The position numbers and the translations under genes are program-made. Positions 28,381 to 39,292 of a stretch of DNA of 60,555 nt are shown here, one piece after another (positions within the stretch are counted from its first letter, which is position 1; each line of letters begins with the position of its first letter). The DNA comes from Aplysia californica (taxonomy: Eukaryota): assembly GCF_000002075.1 (NCBI RefSeq), contig NW_004797320.1:1104412-1164966 (forward strand), given 5' to 3'. Below the pieces are notes generated by a model that was not told the origin of the DNA, did not search any database, and saw only the letters and a list, made by a program, of their open reading frames with translations.

Positions 28381-29091
28381 NNNNNNNNNNNNNNNNNNNN
28401 NNNNNNNNNNNNNNNNNNNNNNNNNNNNNNNNNNNNNNNNNNNNNNNNNNNNNNNNNNNNNNNNNNNNNNNNNNNNNNNNNNNNNNNNNNNNNNNNNNNN
28501 NNNNNNNNNNNNNNNNNNNNNNNNNNNNNNNNNNNNNNNNNNNNNNNNNNNNNNNNNNNNNNNNNNNNNNNNNNNNNNNNNNNNNNNNNNNNNNNNNNNN
28601 NNNNNNNNNNNNNNNNNNNNNNNNNNNNNNNNNNNNNNNNNNNNNNNNNNNNNNNNNNNNNNNNNNNNNNNNNNNNNNNNNNNNNNNNNNNNNNNNNNNN
28701 NNNNNNNNNNNNNNNNNNNNNNNNNNNNNNNNNNNNNNNNNNNNNNNNNNNNNNNNNNNNNNNNNNNNNNNNNNNNNNNNNNNNNNNNNNNNNNNNNNNN
28801 NNNNNNNNNNNNNNNNNNNNNNNNNNNNNNNNNNNNNNNNNNNNNNNNNNNNNNNNNNNNNNNNNNNNNNNNNNNNNNNNNNNNNNNNNNNNNNNNNNNN
28901 NNNNNNNNNNNNNNNNNNNNNNNNNNNNNNNNNNNNNNNNNNNNNNNNNNNNNNNNNNNNNNNNNNNNNNNNNNNNNNNNNNNNNNNNNNNNNNNNNNNN
29001 NNNNNNNNNNNNNNNNNNNNNNNNNNNNNNNNNNNNNNNNNNNNNNNNNNNNNNNNNNNNNNNNNNNNNNNNNNNNNNNNNNNNNNNNNNN

Positions 29092-29145
<54 letters not shown>

Positions 29146-32100
29146 AAGCATTTGTAGCCAATGAGGGTGAGCCAATTATTTGTTAAATGTTGTGTGTTCC
29201 CAGGATGTGAACAAGCTCAAAGGCACATACACCAACAAGAACATTCTCATCGTACCCCAGTGGGACAACATTCGAATCCATGACGAGGTTGGACTGCCCA
29301 TGTACTCTGCTTGGCGAGCTGGTAAGACCATTTCCACAATTCCGTCAAAAAAGCAAACAATTTTTACTTTTAACCTTACAAACTTGAGCACAGATCTCAG
29401 GATCTGCTGCCTTCATCCTTTGGTCAAAGTGACTTAGACCTCAGAGTGCAGTGGTATATGTGTCAAGCAGTGAGTCTAGCTGTCATTCACAGGATACTTG
29501 AATACAAAGGTCCTCTTGGCTCTTAGGACTAGGGTTTGAAGGGCTCCCTTTCTTTGTTAGGTGACCAGCGTCTGTGGTGAAAGGCTTAGGCGCTTCGTCA
29601 TTCCACTCAAAAGATGCGAGTTTGGTTCGTGAGTTGCAAAGTTTTCTATCAAGTATCGCTGTCTGCTGGTATGTTGTATCCCACTCAGCTGGGGTTGGCC
29701 GTGACAGGCAGGGTAGAAGCAGCCTGACTCTCTAATAAAGATCTAAATTGTATCAAGGGGATGTGAGAGGTGTAAAACGTGGTCAGATGAGGCTGTTGCA
29801 TCACTGGATGGCCTGTGGCATAGACCGTGTATTACAAGATAGTTCTCTCCTCTCTTTGAGCCAATTATAAAAGTGTCCTCAAAATTTGATGGCGCTCTCT
29901 TGGAAAAAGCTTGGACTTTCGAACAGAGTTACCCTCTTGTGTGAAAAATAATAAAAGTGAAACTAACAAACTGTGCTATTCCTTTTCTTTTTCTGGAGAA
30001 ATGAAAGAGAGCTTCAAAACAAAGACTGCAGCACCATCTGAAGCAGTGCGCAGACTTCTGCGAACACTTTTTTAGCTGAGTGAACAATCTTTTTATGTAA
30101 GATCTTTGCCTGTGGATAGGGATGGGAAAAGTCATCTGGCTGAGGTCTGCTGCTTTACGTCTAGTCTCTCTTCAGTCCACTAGTCCATGTGGCTGTTTCA
30201 AAACTGTGAGATAATTAAATGTTGTTATTTAGGATTTTTTTAGTGGAAAGAAAATCTATGGTCATACTGATGTGTCTACATTAGTCTATTACCCCTTTTT
30301 TACAAGGCTGTAATATTTCCTTAATGAATGGTTTATCAAAATACTTTAAAGATAGTGTTTTTAAATAAATTTTAAAGCTGTACTTTTAGCACTGTATTTT
30401 ATATTTTATTTGCATTTCTTATGATTGATGTGTTTGCTGGAAAATAAGACAGATTTTAAGAAGTTGGTTACTTTTTCTTGCTGAAGTGGCAAAGGCTGAC
30501 TTGAAAGAGCTTGCTAAAATCTTTTAAAATAGCAGCAAATTATGTACATTATTGGGAGTTTAAACCCCCCAAAATATATTTTTTTAATTTTAAAAATGGA
30601 AAAGAACATATTTTGACTAGAGTGATTACTAGTAGGAACTTTGTTCCCTGAAATGTGATCGGAAGGGAGGGAGTGACAGAACCAGCTGCTAATTTTCTGT
30701 GTGTTTGTTTCTTTTCCCAGGCCACAAGTCCACGGTGATTGATGCTCTTGTCATTGAGTCAGACTCTTTCAGTCGACCGTAAGTTTTTGTGCAAGAAAAT
30801 ATGATTTTTTCCTTTCCAGTAACTGTTGTGGGCAAGATCACTAAATCACAAGCTTATTCCAACAAAAGTCAGATATGCGTGTAATGGTTTCAGTCGATAA
30901 GACATTCTGCCAACCACTCCATGACCAAAAATAGGAGTTGTCCTTAAAAAATGTCCCCAAATCTGGAGTTAACACTTTGCCATTATATTTTGGGAAAAAT
31001 CCAAAGAAACTGGGTGGTAAACATCGCCAATTGGTGAGATGAGGCGGCGAAATGTTAAGATAACATAACAAACCGAAAGTGGCAGATAAACATGAATAGC
31101 AAATGCACTCAAATAGAAATGTGTAACTTAACATCATGATAAGTTGGACAAAAAATGCCATTGAAAACATGTATTTTCACGTTGTTTACGTTGAGATGCA
31201 TACTACCGATGGAAACGAAATTCTAGGGGGAAAAAATTGGATTTTTGCAAATCAGATCTACGTTCTTTGACTGGTAAAAAACAATTCTCAGAGCTCCAAT
31301 TTTATTGGAGTACTTGTCAGGTCTGCAAGGCTCATTAATGCATGAACAGCAAGTTTCAGATAAAGAAATAACTCTGCTGTGTGCGAGGCCAGAGAACAGG
31401 TTTACATGGGGTGCCATGCTTGTGAGTTGAGCTGAACCTGTCCAAGACGACCACCCAGTATGGAGCAGAAAAGTGGTTGTCCTAGACAGATGGTCCTCGT
31501 GGATTGTAACATTAAAATTGAGAAAAAAAAAACCCACAAGGGAAAAGTAGGAACTGTTGGTTTGAGCAGGGGATTGTCTTGCACAACTGACATTTGAGCT
31601 GGTTCAACTGAAGGTATGTATGTATCACAGTCAGGATTCACTCTTATACCTGGCAGCTGTGGGACCCCAAAGTCTTTCAGAGACCCAGGAAAAAAATATT
31701 TTAATTAGTAGTTTGATACTTTGACAAACTTCTAAAACATAAAGAACATATCAGTGTTTGTGCCAGTTTGATGTACATGTATTGTAGCATGTTTGATGTC
31801 CCCTGACCTTTACAGCCGTTCTGTCCTCCCCAGACTGATGTGGCAGATCATTGCGGCTATACAGCGGAATGACGTGCTGGCTGCTATACGGCTTGTCGCC
31901 CATGCCCGAAGGAGGATGGGCTCTCGCAAACGACGTTTCCGCAGCATGTACCGAGAGATTCTGTTCCTATCCTTCGCTCAGTGTGGCCGGGAGAATATTG
32001 ACCATGGTAAGCCTATATGTCTTGTGTCAGTTCTTGATAGTCTAGATATTTCAAAGAGGTTGGAGAGGTGATATCTAGAATGTGTTTGAATTCATACAAA

Positions 32101-32715
32101 AGCAAAGCAAAAAACTAAATAATATTCCTAAAACATAATGTAGTTTCCAGGCCTTTCAATTCAATCTGTTGGTTCTCATTTGCATTAATTTTGAATGTGT
32201 AGAATGTGGCATTAAAAAAAAATCTGAAATGAATCCACTGTGTGTTTATATCATGTAGTGGGTTTAAATAGTTTTGTGGATTCTAAATCTCATAATAAAG
32301 GAAATGCTGCATTTGCTTCTTACATCAAACTTTACTGTCCTTTTAAATGGAGAAACAAGTTCTACAAGATTAGACTTTTTCAGTGTTTAATTGTTTGAAA
32401 ATAGTACAGCTGAACAGTTTGAAAGCTCTAAACCTAAAACTACAATATACCATAATAAAGTTACTAAATCTTGTGGATGTGTAAATTTCAAAATTTAAAT
32501 AAGTAATAAAATTCAGCACATTGACAAGGATTTTATATATGAAATAAAATATGAACATGTTTATGTGCTTCTCAGATGCATTTGACCGTGAGTATGCTAC
32601 TGCATTCAAGGAAAAGCTGAAACCTGGAGAGGTAAACAGACTTCAGAAAGACGACCACCCGAAGTCTCTGATTGTGCAGTTTTGTCGCCAAGTGTTTAGT
32701 GAACTGGAAGTTTAA
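459..32715 (+). CDS. DENND4: DENN domain-containing protein 4 (DENND4A/B/C / Crag family Rab GEF), 5'-partial, 33 coding exons in window, ~1958 aa
   Basis: Spliced translation carries DENND4 hallmarks: [10 protein letters not shown] (MABP), [15 protein letters not shown] (uDENN), [25 protein letters not shown] (dDENN), [19 protein letters not shown] (PPR), [20 protein letters not shown]. Exons: 459-614, 1026-1215, 2423-2479, 3581-3650, 3888-4057, 4848-5215, 5888-6032, 6577-6670, 7857-7938, 8288-8330, 8938-9078, 9432-9573, 10318-10463, 10952-11007, 14198-14260, 15150-15288, 15790-15830, 16395-16539, 17191-17319, 17936-18272, 18968-19195, 19654-19785, 20537-21919, 23363-23585, 24000-24051, 24648-24770, 25670-25965, 27023-27173, 27738-27824, 29204-29321, 30721-30778, 31834-32006, 32576-32715. 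All junctions are GT-AG and phases are consistent. Confidence 0.96.
1026..1215 (+). CDS. DENND4: DENND4 exon (MABP domain)
   Basis: [30 protein letters not shown] flanks. Confidence 0.92.
1264..1444. mobile_element. Tc1/mariner(pogo)-type MITE, degenerate
   Basis: ta|tagtcaaacc ... ggttagactg|ta termini; related copy at ~31430-31612. Confidence 0.6.
2423..2479 (+). CDS. DENND4: DENND4 exon
   Basis: [19 protein letters not shown], tttcag/gtgagt. Confidence 0.9.
3581..3650 (+). CDS. DENND4: DENND4 exon
   Basis: [23 protein letters not shown], ttccag/gtaagt. Confidence 0.9.
3888..4057 (+). CDS. DENND4: DENND4 exon (uDENN)
   Basis: [37 protein letters not shown]. Confidence 0.93.
4848..5215 (+). 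CDS. DENND4: DENND4 exon (uDENN/cDENN)
   Basis: [44 protein letters not shown]. Confidence 0.94.
5888..6032 (+). CDS. DENND4: DENND4 exon (cDENN)
   Basis: [38 protein letters not shown]. Confidence 0.93.
6577..6670 (+). CDS. DENND4: DENND4 exon (cDENN)
   Basis: [31 protein letters not shown]. Confidence 0.94.
7857..7938 (+). CDS. DENND4: DENND4 exon (cDENN)
   Basis: [23 protein letters not shown]. Confidence 0.92.
8288..8330 (+). CDS. DENND4: DENND4 small exon
   Basis: [14 protein letters not shown], ccccag/gtattg, phases fit both neighbours. Confidence 0.85.
8938..9078 (+). CDS. DENND4: DENND4 exon
   Basis: [29 protein letters not shown], tttcag/gtaaga. Confidence 0.87.
9432..9573 (+). 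CDS. DENND4: DENND4 exon (dDENN)
   Basis: [28 protein letters not shown]. Confidence 0.92.
10318..10463 (+). CDS. DENND4: DENND4 exon (dDENN)
   Basis: [38 protein letters not shown]. Confidence 0.93.
10952..11007 (+). CDS. DENND4: DENND4 small exon
   Basis: [18 protein letters not shown], tttcag/gtaatc. Confidence 0.85.
12975..13285 (+). mobile_element. tRNA-derived SINE, CORE-like family
   Basis: B-box-like gggtttgaatccc; tgttcttgagaaaggcactt core; gtgaagctcatagagc..gcactatataaat tail; homologous inverted copy at 50343-50688. Confidence 0.65.
13700..13785. repeat. (CA)n microsatellite
   Basis: Seen directly. Confidence 0.9.
13947..14035. repeat. (GAT)n microsatellite next to gap 14043-14142
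   Basis: Seen directly. Confidence 0.95.
14198..14260 (+). CDS. DENND4: DENND4 small exon
   Basis: [20 protein letters not shown], cttcag/gtatgt. Confidence 0.88.
14545..15080 (+). mobile_element. Two adjacent 3' fragments of a retroposon family (14545-14725, 14900-15080)
   Basis: Shared gtggatggttgg..ctggtgtgatttgct..tcctatcaaac..gtaacacctctaatc body; further copy at 17350-17530. Confidence 0.7.
15150..15288 (+). CDS. DENND4: DENND4 exon
   Basis: [30 protein letters not shown]. Confidence 0.9.
15790..15830 (+). CDS. DENND4: DENND4 small exon
   Basis: [13 protein letters not shown], tcacag/gtaagc; bridges phase 0 to phase 2. Confidence 0.82.
16395..16539 (+). CDS. DENND4: DENND4 exon (PPR region)
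   Basis: [33 protein letters not shown]. Confidence 0.9.
17191..17319 (+). CDS. DENND4: DENND4 exon (PPR motif)
   Basis: [43 protein letters not shown]. Confidence 0.93.
17350..17530 (+). mobile_element. 3' fragment of the same retroposon family
   Basis: Aligns by eye with 14545-14725. Confidence 0.68.
17936..18272 (+). CDS. DENND4: DENND4 exon
   Basis: [24 protein letters not shown]. Confidence 0.9.
18968..19195 (+). CDS. DENND4: DENND4 exon (disordered region)
   Basis: [14 protein letters not shown].., ctccag/gtgaga. Confidence 0.82.
19654..19785 (+). CDS. DENND4: DENND4 exon (disordered region)
   Basis: [20 protein letters not shown].., open frame, phase 1-1, gtaagt donor. Confidence 0.75.
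20537..21919 (+). CDS. DENND4: DENND4 large Ser/acidic-rich exon (1383 nt)
   Basis: Long ORF with RRRHRSAGE; gtgcag acceptor, gtaggc donor; phase fits. Confidence 0.9.
23363..23585 (+). CDS. DENND4: DENND4 exon (Cys-rich C-terminal region)
   Basis: [36 protein letters not shown]. Confidence 0.9.
24000..24051 (+). CDS. DENND4: DENND4 small exon
   Basis: [17 protein letters not shown]. Confidence 0.88.
24648..24770 (+). CDS. DENND4: DENND4 exon
   Basis: [18 protein letters not shown], gatag/gtgaga, phase 0-0. Confidence 0.8.
24850..25275 (+). mobile_element. 5'-truncated non-LTR retrotransposon remnant encoding an RNase H C-terminal part
   Basis: [22 protein letters not shown] matches the RNase H W.PGH.G..GNE.AD.LA motif; terminal HLWTCPVC; short aggta repeats after the stop. 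Confidence 0.8.
25385..25572. repeat. (GT/GC)n and (TC)n microsatellites
   Basis: Seen directly. Confidence 0.92.
25670..25965 (+). CDS. DENND4: DENND4 exon
   Basis: [21 protein letters not shown], ccacag/gtgaga. Confidence 0.85.
27023..27173 (+). CDS. DENND4: DENND4 exon
   Basis: [22 protein letters not shown]. Confidence 0.92.
27738..27824 (+). CDS. DENND4: DENND4 exon
   Basis: [20 protein letters not shown]. Confidence 0.9.
28325..29143. repeat. (TC)n microsatellite on both sides of gap 28381-29091
   Basis: Seen directly. Confidence 0.9.
29204..29321 (+). CDS. DENND4: DENND4 exon
   Basis: [27 protein letters not shown]. Confidence 0.88.
30721..30778 (+). CDS. DENND4: DENND4 small exon
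   Basis: [18 protein letters not shown], tcccag/gtaagt. Confidence 0.82.
31430..31612. mobile_element. MITE related to 1264-1444
   Basis: agctgaacctgtccaagacgaccacc ... ggttcaactg; shares the internal tagacag.tggtc motif. Confidence 0.5.
31834..32006 (+). CDS. DENND4: DENND4 exon
   Basis: [32 protein letters not shown]; an in-frame alternative acceptor would start at 31816. Confidence 0.88.
32576..32715 (+). CDS. DENND4: DENND4 last coding exon
   Basis: [28 protein letters not shown] at 32713-32715. Confidence 0.9.
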
Positions 32716-35700
32716 CAAGATCAGATTTGCCAAAAGATAGTGCCCATCTCCTGTCTGTCAAAGAGAACAGGATTCGGACATCCACAAGAAATAATTCCTT
32801 GTTGCTCAGGTCTATATTCCACAGGAAATGAACTTACTGAATTGTTCAGTGCTTTGGAGTAGTAAGAAGTCGGTGATGTTGAGTCTTTAGCTGATGTACA
32901 TGCTCTTTCTACTAGTGTTTTGCTCTCAGTACTTTGTTAAGGCACATTCTTTACAATTATTATCTTCTGATTTTGTTCAGTGTTTTTCTCCTTTCCTTTC
33001 TAATCCTGGGAATGCATTCAAGGAGCTTAGGTTCATTGGCTACTGTTTTCACTGCAGTGTTATAAAGCTTGGAAATATGGGTACAGAGTTATATTTACCC
33101 GGCTGTACAGACCCCTCATCTCATACTAAATAGGAGGGTTTAAAAATTGTTCCAGTTTCTCCCCTACAGAATGTTTTTATGATTTTTTTTTTTAAACCTT
33201 TTTTTGATTTGTCTGAAAATCCTTTTTATGGTCATTTATTCTTATTAGTGCAAAAAGAAAGAATTAACTCCCCAACTCTGCTTTCCTTTTGAAAGACAAT
33301 TCAAAACTTGGTGCAAAGTCGACTGTGTATTGATTGGCATGCGCTCAAGGACTCATCAAGTATGAAAGTATTCCAAGCTCTGCAGACATGGTTATCATGT
33401 ATGAATATGTGTTCTGAGATGCAAGTGCATTGTACATTGTAGTACAGGTTCATAAAAACAAGAGCCTCGCATAATCACGGTTCTTGTGGTAATTCATATT
33501 GTTTTTGGTTGTATAGTTTTGTTACTCGAATATGAGCAGAATGGGATTCCTGATTCAGTTCTTGATGCAGAATACTGCCAGTCCCATTAAAATGAGATTT
33601 ACTATTTATGTAATAACAAATGGATAACTCGGACGTTGAATTTCAAGCAATATGAATATATTTTGTCATAGTCATACCCCTCCCATTAAAGTTGTTTGTC
33701 AATTTTTTAATTGCACATCTTGCAGTTCATATTCTGTTAATGGCCAGTGTACACTTACTTAATAAGCTGATTGTGTGTTATGGAAACGACCATTCTCCAT
33801 TTTCTACCACTATGGAATGGTGATGTAAGGCTCCTCCACGCTAACAATATTGGCTTTTTTGCTTTCAATTGGTTGGATTTCTGGAGAGATTTAACAAGAA
33901 AACCAAATTTAATTGGTGGAAAAGCTGGGGTTAGTATATTCGGACCTCATTTAATAAGTGATAATAATATCTGTGGATCCCCTTAGGTGCTTGAGCTAAT
34001 GTTTGTTTTTTTAATCAAAGGAGTCATGGAAAAGTTTGACTTTCATGCTTGATATATTACCTTCAATTTTGTACATTTGATTATTGCTCCTGATCATTTC
34101 TCGGGGAGGGCCATATCCTCATGTAGAGATCAAAGTTTATTCATGCAGATATCAGTGTGGTAAGTGTACACTGGCCAATCCAACTTTCTGGCCTGACCTG
34201 ATTAGTTGACTAAGTGTCTGTCCCACTGACACGCCCTGTGATATACATAGATTTGTGGTTAGCTTCGCACCGAAAGTGCTTCGGGTTTAACTCTTGTTTT
34301 GAGGTACTGTGATCATGCCAATTACACAGCTTGTTTGGGTCAAGAAGTTTGTGAAGGTGAAAAGGTTTTTTTCGTGTGTGTGACAGTGTATATGAGAATA
34401 TATTAATGCCTACCCTTGTGTTTTGAATTGAAATTTAGCATCAGTGCAAAATGTTTTCCTCTTTCACATTTTCTGTAATTTTTTTTAGAGAACAGTGATA
34501 GCGAAATGTGGTGCATATTTTGCGAATATTATTGTGACATTACTACTTCTTCTAGTCATTCTGTACTGGTGTTAATATGATGAAATATGCTTTCTGCCTG
34601 ATACGTTGATGTTTTCATGCCAAATGATTGATTGGGATGTGGGAGGGTTTTTTTTTCCGCGTACATCTTTACATTTTGTGTCTAAAGAAAGATTTGTTTT
34701 GCTTGTTTTTTTCTTTATTCTTTGTTAAAATCAACAATTTTTACTTTAGCTATTCTTGAACAGGAAGGCAAAAAGGCTACCGGTATGTGCATGTTGTTGA
34801 ACTGTGTGCTGTTTGAAGTAAGCAAGCTGTTTTAGTGTCATGACCAAAGCCTCTTAACATCACCATTGAAAGTTACAAACTGCATGTTGTGAAATTTTTT
34901 CAACTTTCATTTGCATTGTTTTAGCTGTTTGTCTGGTTCACTTGGCCACTCAGTGGTAGTTAGAGTGAGTGTTGAAGTGAGAGTCTATAGTCTGCAGTCC
35001 TAAATCTTTTCTGATCAAGGGTTCACTTTAGTTTTCCGATCCAGCGACCTTCTGAGTTCTAGCCCTTCGGCCTGAGTCAAGGGTTTACACAACTCCACAG
35101 CAATGTTATTTTCCAGTTTACCATCTTAGTCGCGTGGAGGATGTAGAGGAGGGCTGTCAGTGAGGTGCTCATACATTGTTCTCATATCTCTGTCAGTAAT
35201 TCAATCTTCTTTTGAAAGTAATGAATTGTGGAAAATAATGTGAAATCACTGAAATGAATATGTCCTGCCCTATGGAGCTGGGTATTGAAACTCGGGTCTT
35301 TCAGTCTGAATTTTAATACCCAAACTATTAGATGAGGACCGGTGTCATGTGAACTTGCAAAACAGAAGGGGATGTTTAAAAAAAATTTGTGTTCCTTGAA
35401 TTATAAATGCAAATGTTCAAATGGTGTTCGAAGTGATTGTTTTAACACCTTTTAGTTCAGACTTTAATGTCTATCGTGACATGTAAACACTTTCCCACTC
35501 AACATGACTGAAGAAATACAAGAGTCTGTGTGTGACATGCACTTCGTTCCTTCTACAGGGTTTCCTCAATGGTTAGCAAGGCTATGATTTTTTAAATATA
35601 ATGATGAAACAAAAAAAAAAGAATCACTGACAGTAAGCTGCAGCCCAGTTTTCAACTTTAATTATGAAAGTGTTTCAGAGTGGTCATCAACAGAAAGTTT

Positions 35701-38480
35701 TATTTTCACCTAAACTGAGCTCTAAGAATGTGAACTCCTGAAGAAGATGAAAAGGAAGTACAGGAAGTTGTGTGGATGGGTAACTGTTGTTGGCAGAGAA
35801 TGTACTCAGGAAAGGGTTGGTCCCCGTTGACTTGACTAGCCACGTTTACTCAGCGTTTGTAGATCAAAAGTGTGATAAGTTGAGCCAGATTGGAACAGTA
35901 GAGTAAATAGTCCTTTCCGCAACAGATATGTGGAACGTTGATATTACTGTGTGTTTGTTCCTTCGTATTTCAAATGGAAGTGGTGAATGTGGAAGGCCTT
36001 GTGCGTATTTGCAGGGCAGGGCAGGGCAGGGTCAAGCACTCTTAAGTTTTTCTTAACTTCAGAAATCTTGTCTTAATTGCAGGCATATCCTTATGTATAA
36101 ATTCAAGGGAAACAAGCTACAGAGAGATTAGTGGAAGGCTGCCTTCTGCTCTGCCTGCATATAATTGTAAGTAAGGCACCCATGCTCAACACCGAAGTAC
36201 AAATGTAGTGGTGATGAGCTGTTTCTTCGCTGACTGTAGTACAATTGAAAGTTCCTCTAATTGAGATGGTCCTCATGAGCATACTCCTGCGTGATATTGT
36301 TCAAGTTGTCTCTGCCCAGCCCTGCACACTCTGGAATAAGATCTCTGCTGAAATGCAATAGGCCTGCCTGGTGGAAGTTCGGAGATTTGCTACTGAGTGG
36401 TGTATAAATAACTATTTTTTCTCATTCTCCTTGAAATATTTCTTTTTTGCTCGGTATCCCGATGGGACCCTATATGGTTTACCCTCAAATCGCCTGTGTT
36501 GCATGGAGAGGGCTTTTGATTTCAGCAGCAACAACAGTATGGGGACACACTTATTCATGCTTGCCATTTGATTCATGAAATTACCAGTTGAGATTCTTTA
36601 TTTTTCATTGTGACGGAAGATAAGTTTCATTGATTTTCTTGTGTCAGTTCCGATATTTCAACAGTTCGAAGAACTAATTGGATTTTTTTTAAGCTTGTGA
36701 GATTTCCTTTGTATTTTGTTGCCTTTTGGAGTGAGGAAGGGGAAGGGTGTGTTTGGGGGTCCTCACAATTATTGTTCATGTGTAGCCAAGACTAAGGAAC
36801 TGCAGATGTTGGGATCATTCACCCATGTATTTGATCAGTTCCAACTTTACAGATTTTTGTCTCATGCTTTGTTCCTCCTTTCTTTGTCAATTTTTGCCTT
36901 GGTCACAGGTGAGACCTCAGAACGGGCTTTTTGTTGACTCAAATGGATGAGATTCGTCATAATGCAACTCTGCATTGGTTTTTTTTTGCAATAATAACTC
37001 TTTGCTCAACATTTTTTCCATGAAATTTGACATGTTTGAACAATGTTTTGTGGTTTTGTTAAAGGGAATTATTTCAATTGCACAAACATGGCTTTATTGA
37101 TACTGCTTGAGAATCAGATGTAAGATTTTCTATGAGCCTGTTACTTTTACTTTTCAATGTTCTCCACAGAAGTTGTCAGAGTAATTTAATCCAGCTAAAA
37201 CTTTCATCCTTCCTCTTACTCTTTGTATTATTTCTTTGCAGTGATCATTACACTCTGTCAATAGAGACCCATTAGTCTGTATGTCAGGCATAACTTCTTT
37301 GTTCTTGTTTATGTTTTAAGCATTCATGCTTGCTATATGAAATGAACCACATGTATATATATACATCTTATATTCAGAGACCTTTTGCTGTAACTGATGT
37401 GCAATTTTTTATGTTCAAAATAGAGACTGCTATTTAGGTTTTATTGTAATTTTTTTTTTAAATTATCTTCATTTTTTTTTGGGTTTGTTTTGTTGTTTTT
37501 AAAAAACTGTTATTGCTTTATGATAATTTATATTGCTTTGCTTTAATGGGATACCAATTGCTTTGTGTGTGGAAGGGTTGTCCCCTTTAGTGTTTTTGGA
37601 GGATTGTGCATCTGTACTGTTGTATCTGCTCCAGTAGTGGGTTGTTGTTTTCATTAGGCATGCTCAGATTTCCTCTTTGTGTGCCTGAACCTTTTTTTTT
37701 TTTCAGTCGGTAAAAGGACACAAGTGTTGAGACTGTGCCAGACATTTGTTTCCCAGATGATGCAAATAGGAGTAGGAGAGTAAAAAAATACTTTTCCCCT
37801 CTTTTCATTCACCAAGTGCTCAACATAATTTGTATGCAGGAAGGAAGAAGCTGTTCCAAGCCTCTGGTCAGTGGCATCTGATCTTAAAAGAAAATTGTAC
37901 TGTCATAGATGCTGTGAAGAGTGCTCTTGGGTCTTTGTTCTGTTGTTCCCATGGTCAGCGATTCTTTCAGAAATAAATCTTTAGTCAACAGCAGTGCTTT
38001 ATCAGACATCATCCCTTGGTCTCTGTTTACCATAGGGCAATACACACATACATACTCACTGAACACGGTCTCGAGAAGCTCCAAAAGAGTGTTGTGGACA
38101 TACTGTTATAGTACAGGACAGAAACCAATTCTTCTCTTCCTAGATTTTCCTTACTAATTCTGAGATTTTCCATAGGGTTTATCTCTAGTCTTAGGAACAT
38201 TGCCATATTCCCATTAGTCCAAGGGATCTTTCCTTCTCCCCACTCTATGAGGTTGTATAGACCAAAGTTGTACATATTTATATTGTCATGTAGACGTTGG
38301 TCAGATGTGCAAGAAAGGAAAACCGTGAACATTTTTTTCTTTTTAGTCCTTGTAAGATTATTTTGTTAATCCTTGTACGATTGTTTTGTCTGATTAAACT
38401 CTTGTGTGTGAAAATTCAGTCTGGACCTGAGTTCTTTGTTCTTTTTAATTTATTGTGCATATTTCTCATCAAAGAGGCAA
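32716..38480 (+). other. Probable long DENND4 3'UTR
   Basis: T-rich on +, and lacks the SINE/LINE copies and long microsatellites seen in introns; the end is not defined (AATAAA candidates at ~37973, 39541, ~39977). Confidence 0.5.
33742..34176. mobile_element. PIF/Harbinger-like MITE
   Basis: Perfect 17-bp TIR GGCCAGTGTACACTTAC / GTAAGTGTACACTGGCC, 3-bp AAT on both sides. Confidence 0.8.
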
Positions 38481-38489
38481 TGTAAAATA

Positions 38490-39292
38490 CAGTCTGGTCG
38501 GCTTTAAGCACACCGCCTTAGAGCACGTTTCGGACTCAAGCACGCTAAACGGCTCTTGCCGCATTTTTGCTATTTAAATTACACGCCTTTAAGCACGGTA
38601 ACTTCGGCTTCGGGTACACTTCATTTACAAGACAGTCAATACTGTCACGATGATCCATCGAAGTTCGAACACAGTCTACCCCACAGCAGTGAGTGTGTTA
38701 AAAGAAACACAAAGAAAACAAGTGATGGAGACACACATGTGCGGAGAGGAAGGCAGAGAGATGCACACAGCCGCGCGCATGGACATAGGATCTAGCCTAG
38801 AGCAAATATTATCTAGGCAACACACAGATGAAAAAAATACAAAGAGAGTTGGGGTAGCGAGAAAGGGAGGCTGACTGCGATTTCACCTTTGCCCCTCGCT
38901 ATCCGATAATCCTGATTATGTATCACGCGCGAGGTGGGATGAATGTGGCACGGCGGGAAGCGGTACGCACGGGCAGTGTGTAAGCCTAGGCCTAGTATGC
39001 TGTGCCGTGACTGGCTGTCTAAATTAAGTTTTCCTGTCCCATTCGACCAAAGATACTCCACTACTTTGATTCGACCACAAAACAAAACAAACAAAAACTA
39101 CCATGGCGGGTAAAACTGACAGCGCACACTTTTGCGCGACCACTACTTATGAACAAAGGGTAATAACTCCGGACATTTTCAACTTAAAAATCTCTGGATT
39201 ATGACAATGTCTACTTCGCACTCAAGCACGCTCTGGCATTAAGTCCGCTTATACTTTCTCCCGATGACCGTGCTTAAAGCCAGCATGGACTG
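38490..39292. mobile_element. Tc1/mariner(pogo)-type non-autonomous DNA transposon
   Basis: TA|cagtctggtcggctttaagcac ... gtgcttaaagccagcatggactg|TA; subterminal taagcac repeats; CpG-rich relative to flanks. Confidence 0.82.

Noticed and set aside
28255-29175. ~300-aa ORFs on both strands
   Set aside because: (TC)n repeats and an N gap, not coding
29480-30200. Possible decayed LINE or hidden exon
   Set aside because: No recognisable motif or intact frame; the DENND4 frame closes without it
36011-36326. Possible TIR pair (gcagggcagggca / tgcccagccctgc)
   Set aside because: Short, low-complexity, and no matching TSD
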